From positions 832,001 to 896,000 of the forward strand of contig CAXXYH010000003.1 of NCBI GenBank assembly GCA_963677925.2: DNA of 64,000 bases, given 5' to 3'. Origin of the DNA: Spirochaetia bacterium (GTDB taxonomy: Bacteria > Spirochaetota > Spirochaetia > UBA9216). The notes below the pieces were generated by a model that was not told where the DNA came from, did no database searches, and saw only the letters and a program-made list of their open reading frames with translations. Each line of letters starts with the position of its first letter. Within the stretch, counting starts at the first letter, position 1. The position numbers were made by a program, and so were the translations under genes. Of the stretch, positions 48,325 through 57,885 are shown piece by piece.

Positions 48325-49707
48325 TCAGATCATCGAATCAATATCGAATACACTCTCAAGCTTTTCAGGGCTTAGAATTCCTTCTTCTGCTGCAACATCC
48401 TTAACCTTGCGTTTTTCCTTATACGCCCGATATGCAATAGCTGCGGCTTTGTCGTAGCCTATTTCAATCGCAAGCGGAGTAACCACCGCAAGGCTCCATT
48501 CTATAAAATCACGGCATCGCTGTTCATCAGCTTCTATTCCGCTGATGCATTTTTCTGCAAAGCTCACACTGACCCGATCAAGAAGATCAATCGAAGTAAG
48601 AATCTCATGTACGAGGAGAGGCTGCATGATATTGAGCTCTAGCGGTGAATTCTGACAGGCTACAGTTACCGAGGTATATTTACCGCTTATATGAGCAGCC
48701 GACTGAATTACCATCTCGGGAATTACCGGATTAACTTTTCCCGGCATTATTGACGAACCGGGCTGCAGTGACGGAAGAACAATTTCTCCGAGTGCGCCTC
48801 TGGGCCCGCTTGCAAGAATACGCAGGTCCTGAGCTATTTTCATCAAACTGACAGCTATGCTGTTTACAGCCCCCATAAGCTCAAGCATTGAATCACGGGC
48901 GGCTATAGCCTCAAACAGATTCTCAGCCTGCCTGAAGGGCACCCCTGTTTCTGCCCCTGTAAAGTCTGCAACTTTCTTTCCGAAATCAGGATGGGTATTA
49001 ATGCCGGTTCCAAGCGCTGTTCCGCCGATTGCAAGCTCTTCAAGATTACCGAAAGTATTTCTGAGTCTGGCAGCCCCCTTTCGAACCTGAACCGCGTAGG
49101 CAGAAAATTCCTGGCCCAGGGTCATAGGCACCGCATCCTGGAGATGGGTTCTTCCGAGCTTCGGGACTCCTGAAAACTCCTCAGCCTTGGCTTCAAGTGC
49201 TGTCGCAAGTATAATCAGTGATTTTTCAAGATTGGATGCGGCAAGACGGGCTGCAATATTCATTGCAGTCGGAATTACATCATTTGATGACTGACCGCGG
49301 TTTACATGGTCATTTGGATGGACAGGCTCCTTGCTTCCGATTCCCGTGCCGGCTTCTGCATTCGAAATATTAGCTATAACCTCATTTATATTCATGTTCC
49401 AAGAGGTTCCCGATCCTGTCTGAAATACATCAAGAGGAAATTCCGAGCTGAACTCTCCCTTCTCTATCCTTGAGGCTGCCCTCATTATAAGATCACGAAC
49501 TTCTTCGTTAACGAGTCCCAGACTGCAGTTTACAGATGCCGCAGCCCTCTTTATAAGTGCAAGAGCGGAAAGATAAGATTCCGGAATACGGTATTCGGAG
49601 ACTGTAAAATTCTCAACTGCACGCTGAGTCTGAGCCCCCCACCACCTGTCTGATTTTATTCTTACTTCGCCCATTGAGTCTTTTTCTATTCTGAATCCTT
49701 CATTCAT
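48325..49707 (-). CDS. fumC: Class II fumarate hydratase (fumarase/aspartase family)
   Basis: RIEKDSMG, QTGSGTSWNMN, HPNDHVN..QSSND, GRTHLQDA, GSSIMPGKVNP. Start at ATG 49707 preferred. Confidence 0.82.
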   Translation of the reverse strand: MNEGFRIEKDSMGEVRIKSDRWWGAQTQRAVENFTVSEYRIPESYLSALALIKRAAASVNCSLGLVNEEVRDLIMRAASRIEKGEFSSEFPLDVFQTGSGTSWNMNINEVIANISNAEAGTGIGSKEPVHPNDHVNRGQSSNDVIPTAMNIAARLAASNLEKSLIILATALEAKAEEFSGVPKLGRTHLQDAVPMTLGQEFSAYAVQVRKGAARLRNTFGNLEELAIGGTALGTGINTHPDFGKKVADFTGAETGVPFRQAENLFEAIAARDSMLELMGAVNSIAVSLMKIAQDLRILASGPRGALGEIVLPSLQPGSSIMPGKVNPVIPEMVIQSAAHISGKYTSVTVACQNSPLELNIMQPLLVHEILTSIDLLDRVSVSFAEKCISGIEADEQRCRDFIEWSLAVVTPLAIEIGYDKAAAIAYRAYKEKRKVKDVAAEEGILSPEKLESVFDIDSMI

Positions 49708-49838
49708 AAGCTGCATTATTTACTTTTTAGACAGCTTTTTCAACACCCGGAACAGGGTGCTTCAGCTGTTAATTACAAACATAATTTCTGTTCAGGGATG
49801 CCCTTGACCGGTAAGGTTGCTTTGTTTATTGTAGGAAG

Positions 49839-50390
49839 ATGCTGAAGCTATTCAAACCGCTGCTGATTACAGGAATGAAGCACAGCGGTAAAACAACAAC
49901 CGGAAAAACACTTTCCAGGATGACAGGAATCAGGTTTCTCGATATCGATGATCTCATTGAGGAACTTTATTTTGAAAAAACAGGAAACCGTAAAACCTTC
50001 CGCGAGATATACAGGGAGGCGCCGGAAAACTTCAAAAAGCATGAAGCCGGTGCAGCAGAGGTTCTTGTAAACAGGAAACAAATCCTTATAGCCGCTGCCG
50101 GCGGCGGATTATGCGCTAACGAAGATGCAGTAAAAATACTTAAAGATGAATTTGTTTTTATCTGCATCAATGAAAAGAAAGAAGTTCTTTTACAGAGAAT
50201 ACTCGCAGGAGGTATTCCCGCGTTTCTTGACCCTGATAATCCGGAAGAGCATTTCAGCAGACTGTATGATGAGCGGACAGCAATCTATCATAGTTTATGC
50301 CGTATAAGTATAGAAGCAGAAGAACGGCATCCGGAAGATATAGCCGAAGATATCATTGAGAGTTTAAAGGAGCATGGATATGCCAGGTAG
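49839..50390 (+). CDS. aroK: Shikimate kinase
   Basis: GMKHSGKTT, DIDDLIE, AAGGG, ERTAIY; directly upstream of aroC. Confidence 0.88.
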   Translation: MLKLFKPLLITGMKHSGKTTTGKTLSRMTGIRFLDIDDLIEELYFEKTGNRKTFREIYREAPENFKKHEAGAAEVLVNRKQILIAAAGGGLCANEDAVKILKDEFVFICINEKKEVLLQRILAGGIPAFLDPDNPEEHFSRLYDERTAIYHSLCRISIEAEERHPEDIAEDIIESLKEHGYAR

Positions 50391-51438
50391 CAGTTTTGGC
50401 CAGAATTTCAGAATAACAACTTTCGGAGAGTCTCACGGAATTGCCGTAGGCGTAATAATTGACGGAGTAACCCCCGGTATTGAATTGACCGAGGCAGACA
50501 TCCAGAAGGAAATGGACCGCCGGAAGCCCGGGCAGTCAGCGGTAACAACTCCCAGAAAGGAGAGCGACACTGTAGCCATTGTCTCGGGTATGTTTGAAGG
50601 CAAAACAACCGGAACGCCGCTTACTGTTATTCTTTATAACAAGGACGCAAACCCCGAGGCTTATTCCAACATCAAGGATTTCTACCGCCCTGGTCATGCC
50701 GACTATACATACCAGCAGAAATACGGAATCCGTGATTTCAGGGGCAGCGGGCGAGCTTCGGGGCGGGAAACCGCAGGACGTGTTGCAGCAGGCGCCGTGG
50801 CAAAGAAGATGCTGGCCGAACATGGTATAAAAATTACCGCCTACACACTTGAGGTTGCAGGCATAAGGTGCGAAAGCATTGATCTGTCAATTATTGAGGA
50901 AAACCCGGTAAGAGCTGCAGATGCGGCCGCTGCCTGGAAAATGACCCAGAAAATAACTGAACTTGCCGAGAAGGGGGATAGTACCGGAGGCATTGTTGAA
51001 TGCGTCATTACAGGAGTTCCGGCCGGACTCGGCGAACCTGTATTCGACAAGATTGACGCTGAACTTTCAAAGGCAGTGATGTCGCTCGGCGGTGTCAAGG
51101 GTATCGAGTTCGGAGCAGGTTTTGCCGCTGCAAAGATGCTCGGCAGCGAACACAATGACTGGATGGATAAAGAAGGGTTTAAAACCAACAATGCCGGCGG
51201 AATACTCGGAGGCATTACAACCGGCAATGATATTATTTTCCGGATTGCAGTGAAGCCGACATCATCAATCGAACATCCACAGCAGACCATCGGACTTGAC
51301 GGCGAGGAGACTGAAATTATCACAACAGGAAGACATGACCCCTGCCTTACTCCGCGAATTGTTCCGGTTGTTGAATCAATGGCCGCCCTGGTGCTGATTG
51401 ACCATATGAAACGGCATACTGCTCAGCTCAGCAGGTAA
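50380..51438 (+). CDS. aroC: Chorismate synthase
   Basis: TFGESHG, RPGHAD, RASGRETA, NNAGGILGGIT, KPTSSI, GRHDPC. Confidence 0.97.
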   Translation: MPGSSFGQNFRITTFGESHGIAVGVIIDGVTPGIELTEADIQKEMDRRKPGQSAVTTPRKESDTVAIVSGMFEGKTTGTPLTVILYNKDANPEAYSNIKDFYRPGHADYTYQQKYGIRDFRGSGRASGRETAGRVAAGAVAKKMLAEHGIKITAYTLEVAGIRCESIDLSIIEENPVRAADAAAAWKMTQKITELAEKGDSTGGIVECVITGVPAGLGEPVFDKIDAELSKAVMSLGGVKGIEFGAGFAAAKMLGSEHNDWMDKEGFKTNNAGGILGGITTGNDIIFRIAVKPTSSIEHPQQTIGLDGEETEIITTGRHDPCLTPRIVPVVESMAALVLIDHMKRHTAQLSR

Positions 51439-52241
51439 CCCCTGTCGACTGTAATAATGCCTCCTGTAATGCTTGCAGAAGCCCCTGAGGCAAGAAAGAG
51501 CACTGTTGAGGCAATATCTTCGCCGGTTACCAGGCGTGAACTTCCGTCTGCACATTTGAGAGGATTACGGGCTTCAACCATTTCTGCAAGCTCTGAAGAG
51601 CCTTCCCTGAGAGCATCCGATTCAACCAGCCCCGGAGCCACGGCATTTACTCTGATACCGGAAGGACCGAGCTCAGCAGCCAGAGAGGCTGTGTAGGCCG
51701 CGACCGCGCCCTTTGTGGCATCATAATGAGCTGTATTACCGAATCCGGGATGAAGCGCGTTGATACTGGCAATGTTGATGATGGAACCTCTCTGGGCGCA
51801 GGAGGAGGCCTTGTTTGCTTTCATAATCTTCGCCGCTTCACGTGAGCAGAGAAACAGACCCCGTGTATTTACAGCAAAGACCCTGTCCCACTCATCCGCA
51901 CTTAATTCTTCCTGGGGCAAAACACTCAGGACCCCGGAATTATTCACAAGTATATCTACAGTGTCAAAATCAGGATCATCGCTTATTTCTTTAAACAGTC
52001 TGACAACCTGGACTTCATTGCTTATGTCAGCTTTAAAAGCTTTTGCAATACAGCCCGCGTTCCTTAGCTCAGATACCAGCTTATCGGCAGAATGAGCGCT
52101 TGAATTATATACTACAGCCACGGAGGCTCCGGAATATGCAAGCCTACGGCTTACAGCATTGCCGATGTTAACGGCACCTCCTGTAATTACAGCTGTTTTT
52201 CCTTTTAAACTGAACATTGTGTCGGACATAGTCTGCTCCAT
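51423..52241 (-). CDS. Short-chain dehydrogenase/reductase
   Basis: TGGAVNIG, NNSG, YDATK, RVNAVAPG. Confidence 0.9.
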   Translation of the reverse strand: MEQTMSDTMFSLKGKTAVITGGAVNIGNAVSRRLAYSGASVAVVYNSSAHSADKLVSELRNAGCIAKAFKADISNEVQVVRLFKEISDDPDFDTVDILVNNSGVLSVLPQEELSADEWDRVFAVNTRGLFLCSREAAKIMKANKASSCAQRGSIINIASINALHPGFGNTAHYDATKGAVAAYTASLAAELGPSGIRVNAVAPGLVESDALREGSSELAEMVEARNPLKCADGSSRLVTGEDIASTVLFLASGASASITGGIITVDRGYLLS

Positions 52242-52255
52242 GCTTATTATTTCGC

Positions 52256-52735
52256 TTATTTCGTAAATTTCAGGATAATATCTGCTAAATCCGGATACAT
52301 CGATGAAAGACTATTCTGTTCACCGTGATCGTATTGTTCATTCGAATAGGGAGGCGCCATTGTAGTACCGAAAAGCGCCCATTTCCCTTCAGCAGCCAGG
52401 CGGGTCGACTGCCATACACCTGCAGGACTGAGAAGCTGGGGAACTTCGCCTTCATTGAAATTCTGCCCGATTCTGAATATTTTATAACTTCCATCCGGGA
52501 ATATCTGCAGCTGTCTTGCAGGATCTCCGGCATAAAAATGCCACATCTCATCCGAGCTGAGCCTGTGAAAGGCCGACCAGGAATCGGGCGTAATGAGGTA
52601 ATATATTGCTGAAGAGTTCTGTGTAAGGTAGGTACTTCTGAAATACCCGCCTTCAACAGGCAGAGGTTCAAGCCCGAGGCTATCTATTACAGCATTTAAG
52701 CTTAGTTTGCTGTTCGCTGAATCAGACATATCCAA
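52256..52735 (-). CDS. Cupin_5 (DUF985) family protein
   Basis: LEPLPVEGGYF, SAIYYL, FHRLSSDEMWHFYAGDP, PAGVWQ. Confidence 0.88.
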   Translation of the reverse strand: MDMSDSANSKLSLNAVIDSLGLEPLPVEGGYFRSTYLTQNSSAIYYLITPDSWSAFHRLSSDEMWHFYAGDPARQLQIFPDGSYKIFRIGQNFNEGEVPQLLSPAGVWQSTRLAAEGKWALFGTTMAPPYSNEQYDHGEQNSLSSMYPDLADIILKFTK

Positions 52736-52847
52736 AGATTATCATATTAACTTCTATCTGTCAGACATTAAAATCCTAACACAGTTCTAACATATCAATA
52801 ATTGACTTTTACACTCAGATAAAGCTATGTTTGATGTGGAGTAAATT

Positions 52848-53288
52848 ATGAAGAAAAGCATTCTTTTTCTATGTACAGGAAATTCATGCAGAAGCCAGAT
52901 GGCCGAAGGCTGGTGCAGAGCCCTTAAGGGAGATCTTTTTGAAGTCTATTCTGCAGGCATAGAAACACACGGATTAAACCCCAATGCAGTAAAGGTGATG
53001 GGTGAAGCAGGAATCGACATATCAGGCCACCAAAGCAAGAATGTTAATGATATGATACAAGCCGGTCAGAGTTTCGACTATGTTGTAACAGTCTGCGGAC
53101 ATGCAGCCGAGACCTGCCCATACTTTCCCGGAAAAACAACCCGTGTTCATGCAGGCTTTGACGATCCGCCTGCCCTGGCTAAAACTGCCAAAACCGAAGA
53201 AGAAGCCCTCTCACATTACCGAAGGGTAAGAGATGAAATAAAGGCCTGGATCGAACAGCTTCCAGGCAGCCTTCCTGCAGCTGAATAA
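52848..53288 (+). CDS. arsC: Thioredoxin-type arsenate reductase (LMWP fold)
   Basis: [30 protein letters not shown] (three catalytic Cys), [12 protein letters not shown]. Confidence 0.92.
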   Translation: MKKSILFLCTGNSCRSQMAEGWCRALKGDLFEVYSAGIETHGLNPNAVKVMGEAGIDISGHQSKNVNDMIQAGQSFDYVVTVCGHAAETCPYFPGKTTRVHAGFDDPPALAKTAKTEEEALSHYRRVRDEIKAWIEQLPGSLPAAE

Positions 53289-53290
53289 TA

Positions 53291-53599
53291 TCAGCAGCAG
53301 GAAGATTTTCCGCCTTCACCGCTGCAGGAGGGACCGCAGTCGCAGGAGGGGTCTCCGCCTTTAATCATGCTGTTAAATACAGCTTCGGCACAGCCTACTC
53401 CCTTATCGACCGAAAGAGCCTTGAACGAACAGTTGAGGACACAGGCACCGCATTCCATACAGGAATCTGAATCATCAATCCGGACCTTTCTTTCATCCTC
53501 TGCAAAAACCGCATGTGGACAGACCTCTATGCACATAAAACATCCGGTGCACTTCTGCAAATCGATTTTGATAGTTGCTGTATTCCTTAGATATTTCAT
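53291..53599 (-). CDS. hgcB: Mercury-methylation ferredoxin HgcB
   Basis: CTGCFMCIEVCP and CMECGAC...C cluster motifs, GVGCA, C-terminal vicinal CC; immediately downstream of hgcA. Confidence 0.95.
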   Translation of the reverse strand: MKYLRNTATIKIDLQKCTGCFMCIEVCPHAVFAEDERKVRIDDSDSCMECGACVLNCSFKALSVDKGVGCAEAVFNSMIKGGDPSCDCGPSCSGEGGKSSCC

Positions 53600-54591
53600 A
53601 AAACCCCCGCTTTCTGCAGCAGTATCGGAATAATGCCCATAACCAGGGATAAACCGCCAAGAGAAATCTGAACAGGAACCGCAATTTTCATTTCCTTTTT
53701 AACGCCTGACAATGATGTATACGTTGATGAACCTGTAAACCACATACCGATAAAGGATGAACCGGCAGCCGTCAGTATAATATTCTGCATGATCGCAGGA
53801 ACGCTCAGCTTTGAAGGAAAAAAACCGAAAACTACCAGAGAAAGGATAAATCCGGATACCGCCCCTTTTACAGAAAAAGCTCTTCCGGGCAGGACAGGCA
53901 GCAGCAGTGGAGTAAGGACGGCACCTGAGATTACAGTTACAAGAGCCGGTATGATAACTGCCGAAGGATTAATACCTGTAACCCCCTTGGCCGCAGCTTC
54001 TCGAATAAGCACAATTACTGCTGCTGCAAGAAATATCTTCCAGCTCTGTATCAGCTGCAGCGGTACCAGTTCAGCCCGTTCCGATAAGGTGAACTTTTTA
54101 AGACGCATATTCGGGTCAGCCTTTAAACCATTATCAAGGTATTCCGGAAGATCCGCTGCGGCTACAGGCCCGAAGAAAACCCGAAAGCCGGTTGCACGCT
54201 GAACAGCAACAGCCTTCACCCCCGGAGCACCGAGCTGTGGCACTACAAGTTTTTTATGTTTCACAAAATCTTTCAAGCCGGTTATCTGAACCCTTTGTAT
54301 TAACTCTTCGGTTCCGAAGGTCCCTTTCCCTGCAGCACACCAGACATTGACTCCCATCGTATCAAGAACAAGAATCCATGCTGCCCTCTCTTTTAATTTT
54401 TTCCTAAGAATATCAAGGGTAACTTTAAGATTGGCGGTTACCAGTACAGGCGAAGTCTCATCCGGTTTATTAAGAGCATACAGCCCGGGCTTAACCTTAA
54501 GTTTCATTCGTCCGATGCCTATACGGTATTTGATTCTATCGATGATATCTCCCGCAGTTATTTCACTGCTGATTTTAATTATTTCAGGCAT
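53596..54591 (-). CDS. hgcA: Mercury-methylation corrinoid protein HgcA
   Basis: Cap-helix motif NVWCAAGKGTFGT, PQLGAPGV, C-terminal TM domain with FTGSSTYTSLSGVKKEM. Confidence 0.96.
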   Translation of the reverse strand: MPEIIKISSEITAGDIIDRIKYRIGIGRMKLKVKPGLYALNKPDETSPVLVTANLKVTLDILRKKLKERAAWILVLDTMGVNVWCAAGKGTFGTEELIQRVQITGLKDFVKHKKLVVPQLGAPGVKAVAVQRATGFRVFFGPVAAADLPEYLDNGLKADPNMRLKKFTLSERAELVPLQLIQSWKIFLAAAVIVLIREAAAKGVTGINPSAVIIPALVTVISGAVLTPLLLPVLPGRAFSVKGAVSGFILSLVVFGFFPSKLSVPAIMQNIILTAAGSSFIGMWFTGSSTYTSLSGVKKEMKIAVPVQISLGGLSLVMGIIPILLQKAGVL

Positions 54592-55043
54592 TTACAGCTC
54601 CTGCTGATTTCAGCAGACTCAAAGGCATCACAAAGCGTAGTGACGGCTTTTATAACAGTATTTAATTTATCCGGTGCTATCTTCTCAAGTACCGGCATGT
54701 AAAATTCGTCGCATTGACTGTTCAGCCCATGAAGGAAGGCTCTGCCCTCATCACTTAGAGAAACCGTACTTGTTCTCCTGTCATGGAGGGATTCATTTCT
54801 TAGAAGCCAGTTTTTCTTTACAAGCGCATCAACAGTTCTTGAAACCACCGATTTATCAACTCCAAGATAATCAACAATATCCGAAATTGTAATGTCACCT
54901 GCCTCTTCAACCCTCAGAAGAATGTGACATTCGTTGAAGGTTACCCCGCAGCAGACTGAATTGCTTTTCAGATTCACCGCGAGAAAACGTTCGAGTCGTC
55001 TCAAATCGTGCCTGAAAGCTCTTATATCATAATTTGTTTCCAT
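54579..55043 (-). CDS. Cysteine-rich MarR-family regulator
   Basis: VDKSVVSRTVDALV...DRR wHTH; SVCCG, ECH and C-terminal CKC. Start at ATG 55043. Overlaps the hgcA start. Confidence 0.88.
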   Translation of the reverse strand: METNYDIRAFRHDLRRLERFLAVNLKSNSVCCGVTFNECHILLRVEEAGDITISDIVDYLGVDKSVVSRTVDALVKKNWLLRNESLHDRRTSTVSLSDEGRAFLHGLNSQCDEFYMPVLEKIAPDKLNTVIKAVTTLCDAFESAEISRSCKCLK

Positions 55044-55049
55044 GGATTT

Positions 55050-55096
55050 AATATAACTACTTTTAGTTGCTATTGTCAACTGTTGTTTTTAACAAC
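55050..55096 (-). promoter_or_regulatory. marR-hgcAB promoter with tandem GTTG-N7-CAAC boxes
   Basis: TTGACA (55079-55074) and TATATT (55055-55050), 6 nt before the ATG. Boxes at 55066-55080 and 55082-55096. Confidence 0.7.
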
Positions 55097-55171
55097 CCTA
55101 AAGCGGCAGACTTGATAATATACAATGATGCTATCTTGACTGTCGTACATTAGATCTGTATCCTCTTATGC

Positions 55172-56446
55172 ATGCTGGACTTACGATTTATCAAAGAAAA
55201 CGCCGACGCGGTAAAGGCGAACGTAAAAAACCGCTTTATGGAAGTGGATGTTGACCGCGTTATTGAATTATATGACCGCCGGAATCAGCTGATCATCGAG
55301 GCGGATGCACTCAGGCAGCAGCGTAATGAGAACGCTAAAAAGATGAAGGGCAAGCTGGAACAGGATGAAAGAACAGCCCTGATTGAGGAAGGGAAAAAGC
55401 TCAAGGAGCAGATTGCCTCCGTAGAAAGCGAACTATCTTCAGTTGAAACTGAACTTAATACTGAAGCGGCCAGGGTTCCCAACATGGCTCATCCCGATGC
55501 ACCGGTTGGAAAGGAAGACAAGGATAACCTTGAAATCAAACGTGTAGGTACTATACCCCAATTCAGCTTTAAGCCGAAGGATCACGTTGAAATCGGTGCC
55601 GATCTCGATCTTATTGATTTTGATACTGCAGCCAAGGTAACCGGTCCTAAATTCTACTACCTTAAAAATGAAGCTGTTATGCTTGAACTTGCACTCAGCA
55701 GATATGCACTCGATATCCTTGTAAAGAAGGGTTTTACCCCTACTATTACGCCGGATATTGCCAAAGAGGAAGTCCTTGAAGGTATCGGATTCAACCCCAG
55801 AGGCGCCGAATCAAATATCTATAATCTTGAAGGTACAGGGACCTGTCTTGTCGGAACTGCTGAAATTACACTGGGCGGATACTATTCCAATGAAATCCTC
55901 GATACTGAAAAGATGCCTATTAAAATGGCGGGGCTTTCCCACTGTTTCAGAAGGGAAGCAGGAGGAGCCGGACAGTATTCAAAGGGTCTGTACAGGGTAC
56001 ACCAGTTTTCCAAGGTTGAGATGTTCATCTTCTGCAAGCCTGAAGAATCGGAACAGTACCACCAGGAACTGCGGGCCATTGAGGAAGAAATATTCAGCAG
56101 CCTTGAGATTCCTTTCAGGGTTGTAGATACATGTACCGGAGATCTCGGAGCACCTGCTTACAGGAAATACGACCTTGAAGCCTGGATGCCCGGCCGCGGT
56201 GAAGACGGAGAATGGGGAGAAGTTACAAGTACTTCAAACTGTACCGACTACCAGGCAAGAAGGCTCGGCATACGCTACAGGGACGGAGACAAAAACAAAC
56301 ATGTTCATATGCTCAACGGAACAGCTATTGCGGTTTCAAGAGCTATTGTAGCCATTCTTGAGAACTTCCAGCAGGAAGACGGTTCAATCAGAATTCCTGA
56401 GAAACTTGTACCTTATACCGGTTTTGATAAGATAAGCAGGAAATAA
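55172..56446 (+). CDS. serS: Serine--tRNA ligase
   Basis: N-terminal coiled coil, LVGTAEITL, CFRREAG, GLYRVHQFSKVE, SNCTDYQARRL, LNGT. Confidence 0.97.
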   Translation: MLDLRFIKENADAVKANVKNRFMEVDVDRVIELYDRRNQLIIEADALRQQRNENAKKMKGKLEQDERTALIEEGKKLKEQIASVESELSSVETELNTEAARVPNMAHPDAPVGKEDKDNLEIKRVGTIPQFSFKPKDHVEIGADLDLIDFDTAAKVTGPKFYYLKNEAVMLELALSRYALDILVKKGFTPTITPDIAKEEVLEGIGFNPRGAESNIYNLEGTGTCLVGTAEITLGGYYSNEILDTEKMPIKMAGLSHCFRREAGGAGQYSKGLYRVHQFSKVEMFIFCKPEESEQYHQELRAIEEEIFSSLEIPFRVVDTCTGDLGAPAYRKYDLEAWMPGRGEDGEWGEVTSTSNCTDYQARRLGIRYRDGDKNKHVHMLNGTAIAVSRAIVAILENFQQEDGSIRIPEKLVPYTGFDKISRK

Positions 56447-57885
56447 TGTACAAATCAGCCCTGTTAACCGACCTTTATGAACTGACAATGATGCAGGGAT
56501 ACTTCCTGCAGGATAGAAATCCGCAGGTCGCCTTCGAGATGTTTTTCAGAAGAAATCCTTTTCAGGGCGGCTATTCGGTTTTTGCCGGACTTGGTAATCT
56601 GGTTGACAGGCTGGCTTCACTTCAATTCTCAAAACACGATATCCAATATCTCAGAACCCTGGGAACCTTCGGCGAGGATTTTCTTCACTTCCTGAAGGAC
56701 TTCAGATTCACAGGTGAACTTTCAGCAGTTGATGAAGGTTCAATAGTATTTCCCAATGAACCGCTTATATCGGTACGGGCAAATCTTATAGAAGCCCAGC
56801 TGATTGAAAGCATGCTTCTCAACACGGTTAATTTCCAGACACTTATCGCAACAAAGAGCTCCAGGATTTACAACGCCAGCGGAGGCGGGAATATTATGGA
56901 GTTCGGACTAAGACGCGCTCAGGGTGTGGATGGTTCATTATCAGCGGCAAGGGCGGCTTTTATAGGCGGAGCAACTGCTACATCAAACACCTTCGCCGGC
57001 AGACAGTACGGAATTCCGGTAACCGGCACCATGGCTCATTCCTGGGTAATGGCCTTCGAATCTGAACTTGAAGCCTTCAGAGCCTACGCTGAACTGTATC
57101 CCAATAAGGTAATTCTGCTGATTGATACCTATGATACTTTGGGAAGCGGTATAGAAAACGCAATCATCGTAGGAAAAGAACTACAGGCACAGGGTAAAAA
57201 CTTCGGAGTCCGTCTGGACAGCGGAGACCTTCAGTACCTTAGTGAACGTGTCCGTGAAAAACTTGATGCCGCCGGACTGAAAGATGCAATAATTGCGGTT
57301 TCAAATGATCTTAATGAACACATTGTTCGTGAACTTGTAACAAACGGAGCCCCCATCAATTCATGGGGTGTCGGCACCCAGCTTGTAACCGGAGGTGAAG
57401 ATTCATCGCTTACCGGTGTATATAAACTTGTTGCCAGAGAACAGCATGGAGAACTTATCCCGACGATCAAGCTTTCAAATAATCCTGAAAAAACGACAAA
57501 CCCCGGAATCAAACAGCTTTACCGGTTTTATGATAAACGAAATGTTCCAATTGCCGACCTGATAAGTCTGCATGAAGAGGATATCTCAGATGACAGAAAA
57601 TACCGTTTTAACCACCCTATGTACCGGTATAAATCGATGACTGTGGCTGATTACGGTTCAATTGTACCAATGCTTAAAAAGCGGCTCGATAACGGCAGGG
57701 TATGCCTGAAAAACCCTGAACTTCCTGAAATCCGGGAAAAAGTGATAAAAGATCTTAAATTTCTGGACAGAACTTTCAAAAGATTAATAAATCCGCACAT
57801 TTATAAGGTATCTTTGTCCGATAATCTAGCTGAGCTTAAGTTCAGGTTAATGGATGAAAAAACAGAAAACAACGGCGGAAACTAA
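56446..57885 (+). CDS. pncB: Nicotinate phosphoribosyltransferase
   Basis: LLTDLYELTM, EFGLRRAQG, GTMAHSWV, LIDTYDT, VRLDSGD. Confidence 0.96.
   Translation: MYKSALLTDLYELTMMQGYFLQDRNPQVAFEMFFRRNPFQGGYSVFAGLGNLVDRLASLQFSKHDIQYLRTLGTFGEDFLHFLKDFRFTGELSAVDEGSIVFPNEPLISVRANLIEAQLIESMLLNTVNFQTLIATKSSRIYNASGGGNIMEFGLRRAQGVDGSLSAARAAFIGGATATSNTFAGRQYGIPVTGTMAHSWVMAFESELEAFRAYAELYPNKVILLIDTYDTLGSGIENAIIVGKELQAQGKNFGVRLDSGDLQYLSERVREKLDAAGLKDAIIAVSNDLNEHIVRELVTNGAPINSWGVGTQLVTGGEDSSLTGVYKLVAREQHGELIPTIKLSNNPEKTTNPGIKQLYRFYDKRNVPIADLISLHEEDISDDRKYRFNHPMYRYKSMTVADYGSIVPMLKKRLDNGRVCLKNPELPEIREKVIKDLKFLDRTFKRLINPHIYKVSLSDNLAELKFRLMDEKTENNGGN

Noticed and set aside
55100-55171. Possible NrtR box or T-box upstream of serS-pncB
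   Set aside because: No convincing palindrome, and the leader is too short for a T-box.
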